The notes under the pieces are model-generated. The model was not told the DNA's origin. It saw nothing but the letters and a program-made list of their open reading frames with translations, and did not search any database. Shown here piece by piece: positions 19,221 through 20,000 of a stretch of DNA of 20,000 nucleotides. Within the stretch, counting starts at the first letter, position 1. Each line of letters opens with the position of its first letter. The position numbers were made by a program, and so were the translations under genes. Source of the DNA: Catajapyx aquilonaris (taxonomy: Eukaryota); contig KZ538087.1 in assembly GCA_000934665.2 (NCBI GenBank), positions 109,131 to 129,130 of the forward strand. Reading direction: 5' to 3'.

Positions 19221-19474
19221 TTAAGCACCATCATTTCTTGGCTTAATGTCTGGTAAAAACCAAAAGTCCCAGTCCCCGGGTACAGTTCTATCCTGTTTCA
19301 AACGTAGAGGGAACGCCATGACATGAATGTCATTGTATAAAATAAATGAAGCAAGACGTGTAGGAAGACCCAACTCTTCCACTGCATCCTTCATCATCCT
19401 TCCAGGAGTCAGCACCTTCGACAGATCAGAGCGAATGCTGGTCCTGCACATAAGTTGGAGGGTTGGCACTGAAT
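19221..19474 (-). CDS. Terminal coding exon of a SOCS-box protein (Elongin BC/Cullin5 adaptor); upstream exons not identified in the window
   Basis: VPTLQLMCRTSIRSDL (BC box, xLQxxCRxxIR) ... AVEELGLPTRLASFIL (Cul5-box-like L.LP..L..FL) at about 19469-19338. Minus-strand acceptor cctttgatcattctag|AT at 19475/19474 (phase 1; an alternative AG lies 6 nt downstream). Stop TAA at 19223-19221. Confidence 0.8.
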
Positions 19475-19903
19475 CTAGAATGATCAAAGGCAGTGGTTTT
19501 TCAAATTAATGCTAATCATTTCAAAAATCCGTTGGGCCATTTTTGGCTTTGAAAGTGATAATAATCCCAGCTAAAGTTTCAACAAAGTTCCAGTAGGCCT
19601 ATTGCATATTGCAAACCCCTTACATTATGGCATTACAGTTTCAAACTTGACATACCCAAAATTGTGGCCAACATATGCATGACTGTTTTTTAAATGAATT
19701 ATGGAAACACTATGTTTGTATATGAATTGAGTTGAAGCCATTTAACAAGCTGTGAAGTGGGTGAGGTTTTGGATTCAAAAGCCCAGGATTTTGGAATCAG
19801 AAAAATGCCTAATGCCTAATGCTGTGTTCTTAAGCTCAGGGGAACAAGAGATTCGAGACTTGTGAGTGAGTAACCACAAGCCAATAGGTTTTGAGAACAT
19901 TTC

Positions 19904-19931
19904 ATTATTATTATTATTATTATTATTTATT
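19904..19931 (-). repeat. (ATT)8 microsatellite plus TTTATT; probable 3' tail of a minus-strand non-LTR retroelement running off the window
   Basis: The minus strand reads AATAAATAATAATAAT..., a poly(A) signal merging into a (TAA)n tail as in many LINE/SINE 3' ends. The repeat is certain; the retroelement origin is inferred. Confidence 0.55.
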
Positions 19932-20000
19932 CCATGGGCTCACGCCCCTAGGAAGACTTCCCTTACCAAAAAATATACAAGATACAAGATAACTTCTTTA

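Overview
This is eukaryotic, probably arthropod, genomic DNA; there is no prokaryotic operon or CRISPR structure. The main gene is a complete three-exon plus-strand gene, join(6014..6160,7007..7450,7514..8461). It encodes a 512-aa type I membrane leucine-rich-repeat protein of the Tartan/Capricious family (signal peptide, LRRNT, 14 LRRs, LRRCT, TM helix, 55-aa tail). About 5.9 kb of non-coding DNA with no recognisable transposon lies upstream. At the right end is the terminal exon of a convergent minus-strand gene encoding a SOCS box (19221..19474). Between the two genes are several DNA transposon remnants: a hAT MITE, a long-TIR Tc1/mariner remnant, a mariner 3' end rearranged into a double foldback palindrome, an ATAT-flanked piggyBac-like MITE and a deleted Tigger/pogo element that keeps its PIP-box C-terminus. 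The most unusual structures are the mariner-derived double hairpin at 16930-17298 and a chain of splice signals at 9.3-11.1 kb that suggests an unannotated spliced transcript. I cannot show a new biological system from sequence alone.
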